Shown here one piece after another: positions 13,982 to 24,637 of a stretch of 64,000 nucleotides of DNA. The position numbers and the translations under genes were made by a program. How positions within the stretch are numbered: position 1 is the stretch's first letter; each line of letters starts with the position of its first letter. The notes under the pieces were generated by a model that was given only the letters and a program-made list of their open reading frames with translations, was not told where the DNA came from and made no database searches. Origin of the DNA: an uncultured Chloroflexia bacterium (GTDB lineage: Bacteria > Chloroflexota > Limnocylindria > Limnocylindrales > CSP1-4). The stretch spans positions 91,908 through 155,907 of the forward strand of contig CAVRHD010000002.1 of NCBI GenBank assembly GCA_963720965.1, written 5' to 3'.

Positions 13982-15068
13982 TCAGGATGCCGCCTCGCGG
14001 ACGTACGGCTGGCCGTCGGCGGCCGGCGGCACGCTCCGCCCGACCACCCCGGCCAGGATCACGATCGTCAGGATGTAGGGCAGGGCGTCGAACAGCTGGG
14101 GCGGCACGCTGGCCATGATCGTGCCAAGGTCACCGGTCGGTGGGGCGATGTTGATCAGCTGGCCGAGCTGCAGGAACGTCGCGAACAGGAGCGCCGCGCC
14201 GAACGATCCGATCGGCGTCCAGCGACCCATGATCACCGCGGCCAGGGCAATGAAGCCCCGGCCGGCGGTCATGTTCTGCTGGAACGAGTCGGTCGCCTCG
14301 ATGCTCAGGAAGGCGCCCGCCAACCCGGCGAAGATGCCGCCCACGATCACGTTCCGGTAGCGCACCCGGATCACGTCGATGCCCACGGTCTCGGCCGCCC
14401 TGGGATGCTCGCCGACGGCCCTGGTCCGCAGGCCCCAGCGCGATCGGAACAGCCAGATCTGCGTGCCGATCACGAGGATCAGCACCGAGATCGAGATCGG
14501 GCCCTGGTTGAGGAGCATGCCGAAGATCCAGCCGACCACGGGCAGGTTGACCAGCCCAACCGGCGGCACGAACCGGGCGAACTCGCCGGCGCCGGCCGGC
14601 GAGTTCTGCGAGATCAGCTGGTTGAGGTAGCCGGTCAGTCCGGCCGCGGCGATGTTGATGATCGTGCCGCTGATGATCTGGTCCGCCCTCAGCGAGATAC
14701 GACAGCCAGGCGTGCAGGGTCGAGATCGCCATCGCGACCAGGACGGCGGCAACCAGGGCGATCACAAGCGGGAACGTCAACCCGAACAGGTCGGTCGGAT
14801 TTGGCGTGCCGAAGAGGGGCTGGATGGCGACGCCCACCACCCACGCGGTGAACGCCGCCGCGAGCATCGTCCCCTCGATCCCGATGTTGACCACGCCGGA
14901 TCGCTCGCACAGGACGCCGCACAGGGCGGCCAGGGCCAGCGGCGTGGCCTGCTGCATGATGTTCGGCGCATTGGGCGGGATGACCGCGACCAGGTAGCCG
15001 ACCAGCTGGAACAGCAGGCCAACGATCGGAATGCCGTACAGGCCGTTGATCAGCGGCGTCAGGTCCAT
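13982..15068 (-). pseudogene. ABC transporter permease (BMP/ribose-type, second permease), one frame disruption
   Basis: The N-terminal part (MDLTPLINGLYGIPIVG...AISTLHAWLS) is in one frame. The remainder (ISLRADQIISGTIINIAAAG...) is in the frame of ORF 13982..14752. The junction is near 14699. The span is 1087 nt, which is 362 codons plus 1 nt. The ATG overlaps the upstream permease stop (TGATG). Confidence 0.85.
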
Positions 15069-16213
15069 CAGTCCGTCGCCCCTCCGCCAAGTGCGTGGCT
15101 CGTGCTGCCTTCGGTGATCCCGGCTTCGACGCCGCGCATTCGAAGCACGCGGCGCAGGACCGGGCTGGCTACCAGGAACAGCAGGATCGTGGCCTGCAGG
15201 ACGTCGACCAGCTCGACCGGGATGCCCGCGTTGATCTGCATCAGGCCGGCGCCCGCGCGCATGGCGCCGAACAGAAGCGCCGAGGCAAGGACCCCGAGCG
15301 GGCTCGAGCGGGCGAGCAAGGCCACGGCGATCGCGTCGAAGCCGACCGTCGTTCCGAAGCTCGAGGTCATCGAGTGGGTGACGCCCAGCAGGACCGAGGT
15401 GCCGGCCAGGCCGCCCAGGGCGCCGCTGAACGTCATCGTCGCAATGATCAGCGCCTTCGGCCGCATCCCGGCGTAGCGGGCCGCGTCGGGGCTGGCCCCG
15501 ACCGAGCGGACTTCGAAGCCCCACGTCGTCCGGAAGAGCAGCCACCACACGAAGACCGCCACCAGGGGGGCGAGGATGATCCCGATGTGTCCGGTGTCAC
15601 CGACGATGATCGGCCAGGCCGCATTGCCCACGTCGTAGGTCACCGGAGAGGGCGACTTGGGAACCTTGAGCGGGCCGCTCACGAGCGCTGCCAGGAGCTC
15701 GACAGCAACGTAGTTCAGCATGATCGTGCTGACCACCTCGTGGGCGCCCGAGGCGGCCTTGAGGAAGCCCGGGATGAAGCCCCACAGCGCTCCGCCGGCG
15801 ATGCCCGCCGCGGTCGCGGCCAGGATCGCGACCGGCGCCGGGGCGCCGGCCATGCCCACGCCCACGATCACCGCCCCGAGGGCACCGACCAGGAACTGGC
15901 CCTGGACACCGATGTTGAACAGGCCGGCCTTGAAGCCGAAGGCGACTGCCAGGCCGCCGAAGACCAGGGGCACGGTGTAGACGAGGGTCGACACGATCGC
16001 CTCGGGCGATCCGAAGGCCCCCTCCAGCAGGGCGGAATAGGCCGTGAAGGGCAGCCATGGATCGAACTTGCGGCCGGTCACGATCAGCTCGGAGGCGAGG
16101 ATGATCACGGCCCCGACGAGCATCGACAGGATCGTCACCACGATCGGGACGGCGAGGACCTCCCAGGCCCGGGCGCTGAGCGACCGGGCCGGCCGGACGG
16201 GCGCGGCAGGCAT
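15068..16213 (-). CDS. ABC transporter permease (BMP/ribose-type, first permease), intact
   Basis: 381 aa starting at MPAAPVRPARS inside ORF 15068..16804 and multi-TM throughout. The upstream part of that ORF is the out-of-frame tail of the ATPase gene. Confidence 0.85.
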   Translation of the reverse strand: MPAAPVRPARSLSARAWEVLAVPIVVTILSMLVGAVIILASELIVTGRKFDPWLPFTAYSALLEGAFGSPEAIVSTLVYTVPLVFGGLAVAFGFKAGLFNIGVQGQFLVGALGAVIVGVGMAGAPAPVAILAATAAGIAGGALWGFIPGFLKAASGAHEVVSTIMLNYVAVELLAALVSGPLKVPKSPSPVTYDVGNAAWPIIVGDTGHIGIILAPLVAVFVWWLLFRTTWGFEVRSVGASPDAARYAGMRPKALIIATMTFSGALGGLAGTSVLLGVTHSMTSSFGTTVGFDAIAVALLARSSPLGVLASALLFGAMRAGAGLMQINAGIPVELVDVLQATILLFLVASPVLRRVLRMRGVEAGITEGSTSHALGGGATD

Positions 16214-16215
16214 GG

Positions 16216-17754
<1,539 letters not shown>

Positions 17755-17889
17755 CTCGAGCGCCGGGCGCGACGATTGGACCAGTCTCGTCAGTCATTCG
17801 GTCCACGTTCCGGCAATGCCGGGAAGGATGCCGAACGGGCCGGCCGTCAAGACGGTCGGCCCGTTTGGATCAGCTACGCGAGGCGGTGA

Positions 17890-19140
17890 CTATGGGGTTG
17901 GCGTGTAGGTACCGCAGGCCGGAGCCGGCGGGCAGGTCACGAGCGTGCCGGCCTGCATGGCCGCGAGGGCCGTGTTCAGCGCGGTCGTGACTTCCGGTCC
18001 GAACAGGCTGGCCTTGTCATGGAAGTCGGCGGCACTGATGCCGTCGTTCTTGGCGTTGAACAGGACGGTCGCCCGCGGCGAGGTTGCCGGCGGCGATGCC
18101 GGTGATTGCCTGGAAGACGGCCGATTCAACGTGCTTCTCAGCGCTGGTGATGATGCACGCGTTGGCCGGCGCGCCGAGCGATTCCCACTGGTCGACGTCG
18201 ACGCCGATGCCGTAGATGTTGGCGGCGCAGGCGGCCTCGAGGACGCCGTTGCCGGTCTTGCCGGCGACCTGGAACATGACGTCCGGCTTGTTGGCCTGGA
18301 TGAACGGCTGGGCGAACGCCTTGCCGCCGGCCGGGTCGTTGAAGCCGCGTTCGAGAAGTCATGGGTGACGTAGGCGGTCTTGACTGAGATCGACGGGTTC
18401 ACCGACGCGGCGCCGAGGGCATAGCCCTGGATGTAGCGGACGCACGGCGCGCACAGGTTGATGCCGCCGATGGCGCCGATCATGCCGGTCGGGCTTGGAG
18501 CGCCCTTGTCCGCGTAGGCGGCGACGATGCCGGCCAGGTAGCCGGCCTGGTCCTCCGCGAAGTGGAGCGAGTGTAGTTCGGGCAGGGCCGTCGCCGCAAC
18601 GCCCTTGCAGGCGAACGTCGGGTCGGGCTCGCCGGTCGGAGTGACGCACACCGGCGACTGGTCGACGCCGACGAACCGGATCTTCGGGTTCTTGTGTGCC
18701 GCGTCGACGGTCGGTGTCGTCAGGTTGAAGCCGACCGTGACGATCACGTCGAACTGCTGGTTGACGAACTGGTCGATGTCGGCCGCGTACTCGGAGGCGT
18801 CCTTGGGGACGATCGAGGGCACTGGATCGGTGACGCCGATCGCGGTCGCGCCGGCCTGGGCGCCCTTGTAGCTGAACTCGTTGTAGTCCTTGTCGTCGAG
18901 GGTGCCGATGTCGGTCACCACGCCGATCTTGAGGTTGGGCATCTGGGCGAAGCTCGGCGCCGGGGTGGCGGCCGTTGACGGGGCGGCCGAGGCGGCCGTC
19001 GATGGAGCCGCCGCCGTCGGCGCCGCAGTCGGCGCAACGGTCGGGGCGACGGTTGGTACCGCGGTCGCGGCACTCGAACACGCCGAGACGATCAGGGCGA
19101 CCGTGGCAAACAGGCCGACGCCCTTGGAACGGATGCGCAT
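17890..19140 (-). pseudogene. BMP-family (PnrA/Med-like) substrate-binding lipoprotein, two frame disruptions
   Basis: Signal peptide and lipobox (LIVSAC) precede an A/P/T linker and then BMP-like sequence. The central segment (FNDPAGGKAFAQPFIQANKPDVMFQVAGKTGNGVLEAA...) is in the frame of ORF 18017..18277. The switches are near 18345 and 18070. The strong SD AGGAGG lies 4 nt before ATG 19140. Confidence 0.85.
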
Positions 19141-19338
19141 TGTTCCTCCTCACACGCACGAGGCGGTTCGCGTCCGCATCGGGCTGCTGCCCATGGATCG
19201 CGACAACCACCAATCGAGCCGGACCACGGGGGCACGGCCGCTAGGGGCATCCTAACGACCGCTCTGGGGTGCGGCAAGCGCCTGGCCGAATCTGGTTGGG
19301 GGAGCGGTCGAGCGAGCCCGGTCGGCGCTCGATCCGGG

Positions 19339-19360
19339 CCCGATTCAGGCCCGATTCAGG
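19339..19360. repeat. Tandem direct repeat, 2 x 11 nt (CCCGATTCAGG)
   Basis: Two exact adjacent copies lie in the divergent BMP-operon/hydrolase intergenic region, over the expected -35 position of the hydrolase promoter. Confidence 0.9.
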
Positions 19361-19374
19361 CCAGGTCCGTCCCG

Positions 19375-19380
19375 TATCAT
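19375..19380 (+). promoter_or_regulatory. -10 hexamer TATCAT, leaderless-type promoter of the nucleoside hydrolase gene
   Basis: TATCAT lies 7 nt upstream of ATG 19388. Confidence 0.5.
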
Positions 19381-19387
19381 CGCCTCG

Positions 19388-20326
19388 ATGACTGCCCGAA
19401 TCCCGATCGTGCTCGACTGCGACCCGGGCCACGACGACGCCCTGGCTATCACCCTGGCCCTGGCTCGACCCGAGCTCGAGCTGCTGGCGATCACCACCGT
19501 CGCCGGCAACGCCCCGCTCGACGCGACGACCCGCAACGCCCTCCGGGTCCTGACCCTGCTCCAGCGGCTGGACGTGCCGGTCGCGGCCGGCGCGGGGGCC
19601 CCCCTTGTTCGGCCGGCCCATGCCGCGGTCAACGTCCATGGCCTCAGCGGGCTCGACGGCGCCGACCTGCCCGAGCCCGGGCTGGCCGCCCGGCCGGAGC
19701 ACGCCATCGAGCTGATCCGGGCCGTCATCGAGCGGTCGGCCACACCGGTCACCCTGGTCCCGACCGGCCCGCTGACCAACATCGCCCTGCTGATCCGGAC
19801 GTACCCCAGGCTCCTCGCGAACGTCGAGCGGATCTGCCTGATGGGCGGCGCGATCGGCGAGGGCAACACCACGGCCTCGGCCGAGTTCAACATCTGGGCC
19901 GACCCGGAGGCGGCCACGATCGTCTTCGAAGCGGGCCGGCCGCTGACGATGATCGGCCTCGACGTGACCCACCAGGCGATCGTGACCGGCGCCGACGCGG
20001 CCCGGCTGGCCGGCCTCGGCAATCGGACGGGCCACGTCTTTGCGGGCCTGCTCGAATTCTTCGGCCGATTCCACCGGGAGCGCTACGGCTGGGACGGCTC
20101 GCCCGTCCATGACGCCGTGGCCGTGGCCCACCTGGCCGTCCCCGGGCTGGTCCGGACGGAGGCCTGCCGGGTCGACATCGAGACGACCAGCGAGCTGACC
20201 CGGGGCCGGACCGTGGCCGACCTGCACGGCCTGTCGGGCCGTCCGCGCAATGCCGACGTCGGGCTGGCGATCGATCGCGCCCAATTCGTCGACCTGCTGG
20301 TCGACGCGGTCGCTCGATTTCCCTAG
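19388..20326 (+). CDS. Nucleoside hydrolase (inosine-uridine preferring / Rih family)
   Basis: 312 aa with N-terminal aspartate cluster VLDCDPGHDDALAI, typical of the IUNH family. Confidence 0.9.
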   Translation: MTARIPIVLDCDPGHDDALAITLALARPELELLAITTVAGNAPLDATTRNALRVLTLLQRLDVPVAAGAGAPLVRPAHAAVNVHGLSGLDGADLPEPGLAARPEHAIELIRAVIERSATPVTLVPTGPLTNIALLIRTYPRLLANVERICLMGGAIGEGNTTASAEFNIWADPEAATIVFEAGRPLTMIGLDVTHQAIVTGADAARLAGLGNRTGHVFAGLLEFFGRFHRERYGWDGSPVHDAVAVAHLAVPGLVRTEACRVDIETTSELTRGRTVADLHGLSGRPRNADVGLAIDRAQFVDLLVDAVARFP

Positions 20327-20339
20327 CGGACCATGCTCG

Positions 20340-21536
20340 TCAGGGCGTCTTGCCGTCGATCACCACGTCGGGCTTGATCGAGCCGTCGGCCAGACCCTGG
20401 AGCGCCGTGTCGAGGTGGCCCTGGTCGGTGTTCGAGATGTCCCCGGCCAGGGCGTGGCCCGGTGCCATCTGGATTCCGCCGGTCGACGCGTCGTCGGTGT
20501 GGAAGCCGGGCGTGAATGATCCGGAGGCGATCCGCAACAAGGCGGCCGTGACCGCGCCAGTCACGTTCTTCATTGCGCTCGAGACGAGGCAGCCGTCTGC
20601 GGCCGGCAGGGTCAGGGCCTGGTCGGTGTCCGAGCCGATGGCCAGGACGCCGGCCGAGCAGGCCGCCAGCAACGCGCCGTCGCCCGTCGGGCTGCCAGTC
20701 GAGAAGATCACGTCGGCGCCCTTGGCCACCATCGCCTTGGCGGCTGCGCCACCCTGGGCGGCGTCGTCGAACGAGGTCGTATAGGTGAACTGGACGGTGA
20801 TCCCGGGGACGGTGGCCGCAGCGCCGTGGAGGAAGCCCTCGACCGAGGCCTCGACCTGGGGCACGAGGACGAGGCCACCGACCACCCCGACATTCTGGTT
20901 GTGGCTGAGCAGGGCGGCCATCACCCCGGCCATGTAGCCCTGCTCGTCCTCGGCGAAGAACAGGCTCTGGCCGTTGGTTGACCAGGACGAATCATGGGTC
21001 GGGCCGGGGGCGGCGTCCACGCCGATGAAGCGCACCGTGGGGTGGGCCGAAGCCGCGTCCCCCAGCGCGTCGCCGAGTGGCTGGCCCACGCCGATGACGA
21101 CGTCGTAACCGCCACTGGCGTAGGCTTCCAGGTCGCTGGCCGCGTCATCGAGCGTCTTCGTCGCGACGCTATCGACCTGGAAGCAGCTGGGTGCCGCCGC
21201 GGTCGCCGCCTGGAGCCCGGCCACGGCCGATTGGTTGTAGCCGTTGTCGGTCAGGCTACCCGGCTCGCCGACCAGCCCGATCTTCAACAGGTGGGCGCAG
21301 GGCGCTGTCGTCGGGTCCTGGCTGGGATCGATCGACGGGCCGTTCAGGCCAATCGACGAATTGGCCGGCCCGCTGCTCGGGCTGGCCGGCAGGTCGGTCG
21401 GACCGGCGGATGCGCAGGCGGCCACGGACAGGACGAGGAGCGCGGCGGGGATGAGGCGGAATGGTCCCGGGAAACGGTCTGGCACCCGCGCATGCTGACG
21501 CGGAACGCGCCGGGAGGCAAACGTGGGCCGCGTCAA
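20340..21536 (-). CDS. BMP-family substrate-binding lipoprotein (second copy, intact)
   Basis: 398-aa ORF with lipobox LSVAAC and BMP-like core (KIGLVGEPGSLTDNGYNQS...FAEDEQGYMAGV...). TTG 21536 overlaps the upstream gene's stop (TTGA). The alternative start is GTG 21485. Confidence 0.8.
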   Translation of the reverse strand: MTRPTFASRRVPRQHARVPDRFPGPFRLIPAALLVLSVAACASAGPTDLPASPSSGPANSSIGLNGPSIDPSQDPTTAPCAHLLKIGLVGEPGSLTDNGYNQSAVAGLQAATAAAPSCFQVDSVATKTLDDAASDLEAYASGGYDVVIGVGQPLGDALGDAASAHPTVRFIGVDAAPGPTHDSSWSTNGQSLFFAEDEQGYMAGVMAALLSHNQNVGVVGGLVLVPQVEASVEGFLHGAAATVPGITVQFTYTTSFDDAAQGGAAAKAMVAKGADVIFSTGSPTGDGALLAACSAGVLAIGSDTDQALTLPAADGCLVSSAMKNVTGAVTAALLRIASGSFTPGFHTDDASTGGIQMAPGHALAGDISNTDQGHLDTALQGLADGSIKPDVVIDGKTP

Positions 21537-23785
21537 CCTGCGTGGGCGCTGCCCAATCCCGGTGCATTGCGGGCCAGGTCGTGCAGCCAGGTGTCGCGGC
21601 TCATCAAGGCCGACAGGTCAACGGTCGACGCGTCGATGGTGCGCAGGTCCTCGGCCGATCCCGGCCGTCCCAGGAGATAGCCCTGGCCGGCGCTGATGTC
21701 CAGCTCGCGCACGACCCGGAGCTGCTCGGGCGTCTCGATTCCTTCCGCGATGACCCACGCACCCCAGCGGCGGGCAAGCTCCTGGAGCGAACCGACGACG
21801 GCCAGCGAAGTCTCGTACAGGGCACCCTCCTGGACCAGCGACAGGTCGAGCTTGACGATGTCGAACTGGATCTGGCTCAGGAGCCTCAGTCCGGCATTGC
21901 CTGCGCCGACGTCGTCGGCGGCAACCCGGAAGCCTGCGGCCCGGCAGGCTGCAACGTTGCGCTTGAGGCGCTCCATCTCTTCGATCGTCTCGCGCTCCGT
22001 GATCTCGATCACCACCCGCTCTGGCTCGAGTCCGGACTGGTGCAGGGTGCGCACCAGGTGGGGCAGGCTGAAGTCGGGCAGCTCCAGCGTGCGCGGCGAC
22101 AGGTTGATCGTGATCATCGGAGTCACCGGCAGGTCGGCCGAGCCAATCGCCACGGCCTCGATGCAGGCAAAATCGAGCTCCACCGTCCGCCCGGCGCGTT
22201 CCGCCGCGATGAACATCGCGCTCGGATCGGGAAAGCCCGAGCCGGGCATCGGCCGGATCAGGCCCTCGTAGCCGATCACCTTGCCATTGCGCAGGTCGAC
22301 GATCGGCTGGAACACCGGCCGCAGGAGCTTCCCGGTCACGGTCTCGGCGATCGCAGCCGATGCCTCGCTTGTTGACGACATGATCCCCGGCGCCCGGTGC
22401 CGGACTGGATCGAAGATCTCGACCGCGGTCCGTCCGTGGCGCTTGGCCGAGGCCAGGGCGGCCTCGCCCTGGGCGATCAGCTGGCGTCGGTCGGTGGCCA
22501 GGGCCGGACAGGCCGACACACCGGCCGAGAACGAGATCCCATTGCGGGCCGAGCGGGTCGGCTCGAGGCTGGTCGCCAGCAGGCGCCGGGCGAAGATCTC
22601 GCCACCATCGGCGTCGGTATGCGGCAGCAGGACCGCGAAGCCATCGGCACCGGTCCGGAACGACCGGTCGGGAGAGCGGGTGGTCATCGAGATCATCTCG
22701 GCGAACGTGGCCAACACCGCATCGCCGCCTTCGTGTCCGAGCTCTTCGTTGACCGCCTTGAAGTCATCGAGATTGATGAGCACGACTGCGAGCGGCGCGC
22801 CGTAGCGTCGGGACGCGTCGATCTGGCGGTCCGATTCTTCCTGGAAGGCCCGGTGGTTGCCGAGGCCGGTCAACATGTCGCGGAGCGAGTCGACCCGGGC
22901 CAGCTGGTATAGGTCGTGGAGCCGGACACGGGACGATTCGAGCTGCTCGGCCGGGCGGAGGATCTGCTTGGCCATCCACACCACCAGCCCGATCAGGACC
23001 GCGACGGCCAGGGCCAGCATGACGACGAGGCCGAACGGCAGGGAGCCCGTCGCCACCGGGGCGCTCAGGCGAACCGCCCAGTCGGGGTGGTTGGGGATGG
23101 CCGCGGCGGCCGGGCTGTACATGCTGCCGCCAACTGCTGCCAGCGAGCTGCCTGCGCCGGGATCCGCTGGAACGTGGAGTGCCGTGATGGGCTGGCCGGC
23201 CGCACCGGCCAGCGTGAGCGAGGTGCCCGGGCCCAGCTTGCTGCCGGCGCCGGCCAGGATCGTGGACAGCGACAGGTCGATCCGGATGAAGCCGGCCGGA
23301 GCCGCGTCGCCCGATCCGACGGGCAGGGGAACGGCCACAGGGACGAGGGTCGTCCCGTCAGCCAGGGTCGACGGCTCGCCCACGACCACATCACCCGGCC
23401 CGCCGGTCGCGATCTCCGCGAGGAGTGGATCCTGGCCGTCGGCAGCCGCTGTGGTCGTGACCTTCGGCCCGACCTGCCGATACGGAACGTTGCCGTCGGC
23501 CGTGACCACGGCCACGTCGAGGACGCCGTTGGCGCTGTCGGCGGCGATCGGATCGAGCATGGACCGGGCCCGGCTGGCCGCTCCCTTGTCGCCCCGGACG
23601 ATGGCGGCGACCTGATCCGATGCGGCGGCACGGGCCACGCTCGTCTCGACGGAGTCGAGGGTCGAGCCGATGGCATCGGCCGCCGCCGAAGCGACCTTGT
23701 CCACGCGCAGGTGCTCGGCCGTGGTCTGGCTGTCCAGGGCGGTCACGAGCAGCGGCGCGCCGACAGCCAGGGGCAGGATGGCCAT
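21533..23785 (-). CDS. Membrane sensor protein with degenerate GGDEF domain and EAL phosphodiesterase domain
   Basis: An N-terminal TM, an extracytoplasmic region of about 240 aa and a second TM precede the GGDEF fold, which has GADGF in place of GGDEF, and then the EAL domain (YEGLIRP, EITERE, DDVGAG, AEGIETPEQ, QGYLLGRP). The start is ATG 23785, or TTG 23794. Confidence 0.88.
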   Translation of the reverse strand: MAILPLAVGAPLLVTALDSQTTAEHLRVDKVASAAADAIGSTLDSVETSVARAAASDQVAAIVRGDKGAASRARSMLDPIAADSANGVLDVAVVTADGNVPYRQVGPKVTTTAAADGQDPLLAEIATGGPGDVVVGEPSTLADGTTLVPVAVPLPVGSGDAAPAGFIRIDLSLSTILAGAGSKLGPGTSLTLAGAAGQPITALHVPADPGAGSSLAAVGGSMYSPAAAAIPNHPDWAVRLSAPVATGSLPFGLVVMLALAVAVLIGLVVWMAKQILRPAEQLESSRVRLHDLYQLARVDSLRDMLTGLGNHRAFQEESDRQIDASRRYGAPLAVVLINLDDFKAVNEELGHEGGDAVLATFAEMISMTTRSPDRSFRTGADGFAVLLPHTDADGGEIFARRLLATSLEPTRSARNGISFSAGVSACPALATDRRQLIAQGEAALASAKRHGRTAVEIFDPVRHRAPGIMSSTSEASAAIAETVTGKLLRPVFQPIVDLRNGKVIGYEGLIRPMPGSGFPDPSAMFIAAERAGRTVELDFACIEAVAIGSADLPVTPMITINLSPRTLELPDFSLPHLVRTLHQSGLEPERVVIEITERETIEEMERLKRNVAACRAAGFRVAADDVGAGNAGLRLLSQIQFDIVKLDLSLVQEGALYETSLAVVGSLQELARRWGAWVIAEGIETPEQLRVVRELDISAGQGYLLGRPGSAEDLRTIDASTVDLSALMSRDTWLHDLARNAPGLGSAHAG

Positions 23786-24169
23786 CGCGAGCAAGGCCAG
23801 GGTGAGGCGCAGTCGAACAAGCCGGAGAGAGCCGGCTCCGATCGGCGGTTCGGCCTCGAGGCCGCTGGGCGGCGCTTGCGCTTGGATCGTCGACTCCCCA
23901 CGGAGCGATTGGTAGGCGTCGTTTATCCCACCCTGCGCTCGGCAGCGTCCTCACCCGAAGGTCAGGGTAGGTCCCACGGGTGGTGGGGCCGGAGCGCGAT
24001 CAAAGCGAATCGCACGGCCTCGTACTAGGACCTGGCAGGCTCCGGGAGATCCTTCCGGCTGCGCGCCGGGAGCCGCACTGGACGCTGGACTTCGCACAGG
24101 AGACTCGCGACACTTGGCCGGCGACCGCCCGCGTTCGCGGCCTCGTGCGTGGAGGGAGGACCGAGTTCC

Positions 24170-24622
24170 ATGACGACCAAGGGCCAGGACTTCAACGAGG
24201 ATGACCTGTACGACCTGTTCCCGACGGGAGCCGACGATGGCTACGGCCCCGAGGAGGGGTACAACACATTCGTCCAGGTGAACGACAAATCGCTGTTCAC
24301 CGATGAGGCGCTCAAGAATCCGGCAATCCGGGCCTTTGTCGAGGCGCCCATCAGCGTGACCTACGCCCAGTTCAAGAGCAGCTATCGGGAATCTGAATAC
24401 TTCATTCACAAGCCGCACCTGGCCATGACCGGCAATGTCGACGGCATCGTCGGCGAGGTGGACGGCGTCTCGAGCGATGACCCGCGCACCCCGATCGGCA
24501 CCTATGTCATCAACCACGAGCAGACCCTCGCGTTCCACATCACCCGGACCGTGGTCCTCAGCGACGGGGAAACGGCGGGCCAGATCATCCTCAAGCAACC
24601 GCCGCCGCCACCCCAGGGGTAG
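24170..24622 (+). CDS. Hypothetical cytosolic protein, no family recognised
   Basis: 150 aa. ATG 24170 follows the strong SD GGAGGGAGGA by 9 nt. The N-terminus is acidic, with no TM or signal peptide. Codon position-3 bias looks coding, but the composition is richer in K/N/F/Y/I than its neighbours. Confidence 0.65.
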   Translation: MTTKGQDFNEDDLYDLFPTGADDGYGPEEGYNTFVQVNDKSLFTDEALKNPAIRAFVEAPISVTYAQFKSSYRESEYFIHKPHLAMTGNVDGIVGEVDGVSSDDPRTPIGTYVINHEQTLAFHITRTVVLSDGETAGQIILKQPPPPPQG

Positions 24623-24637
24623 CGGCCCGGTCATCGG

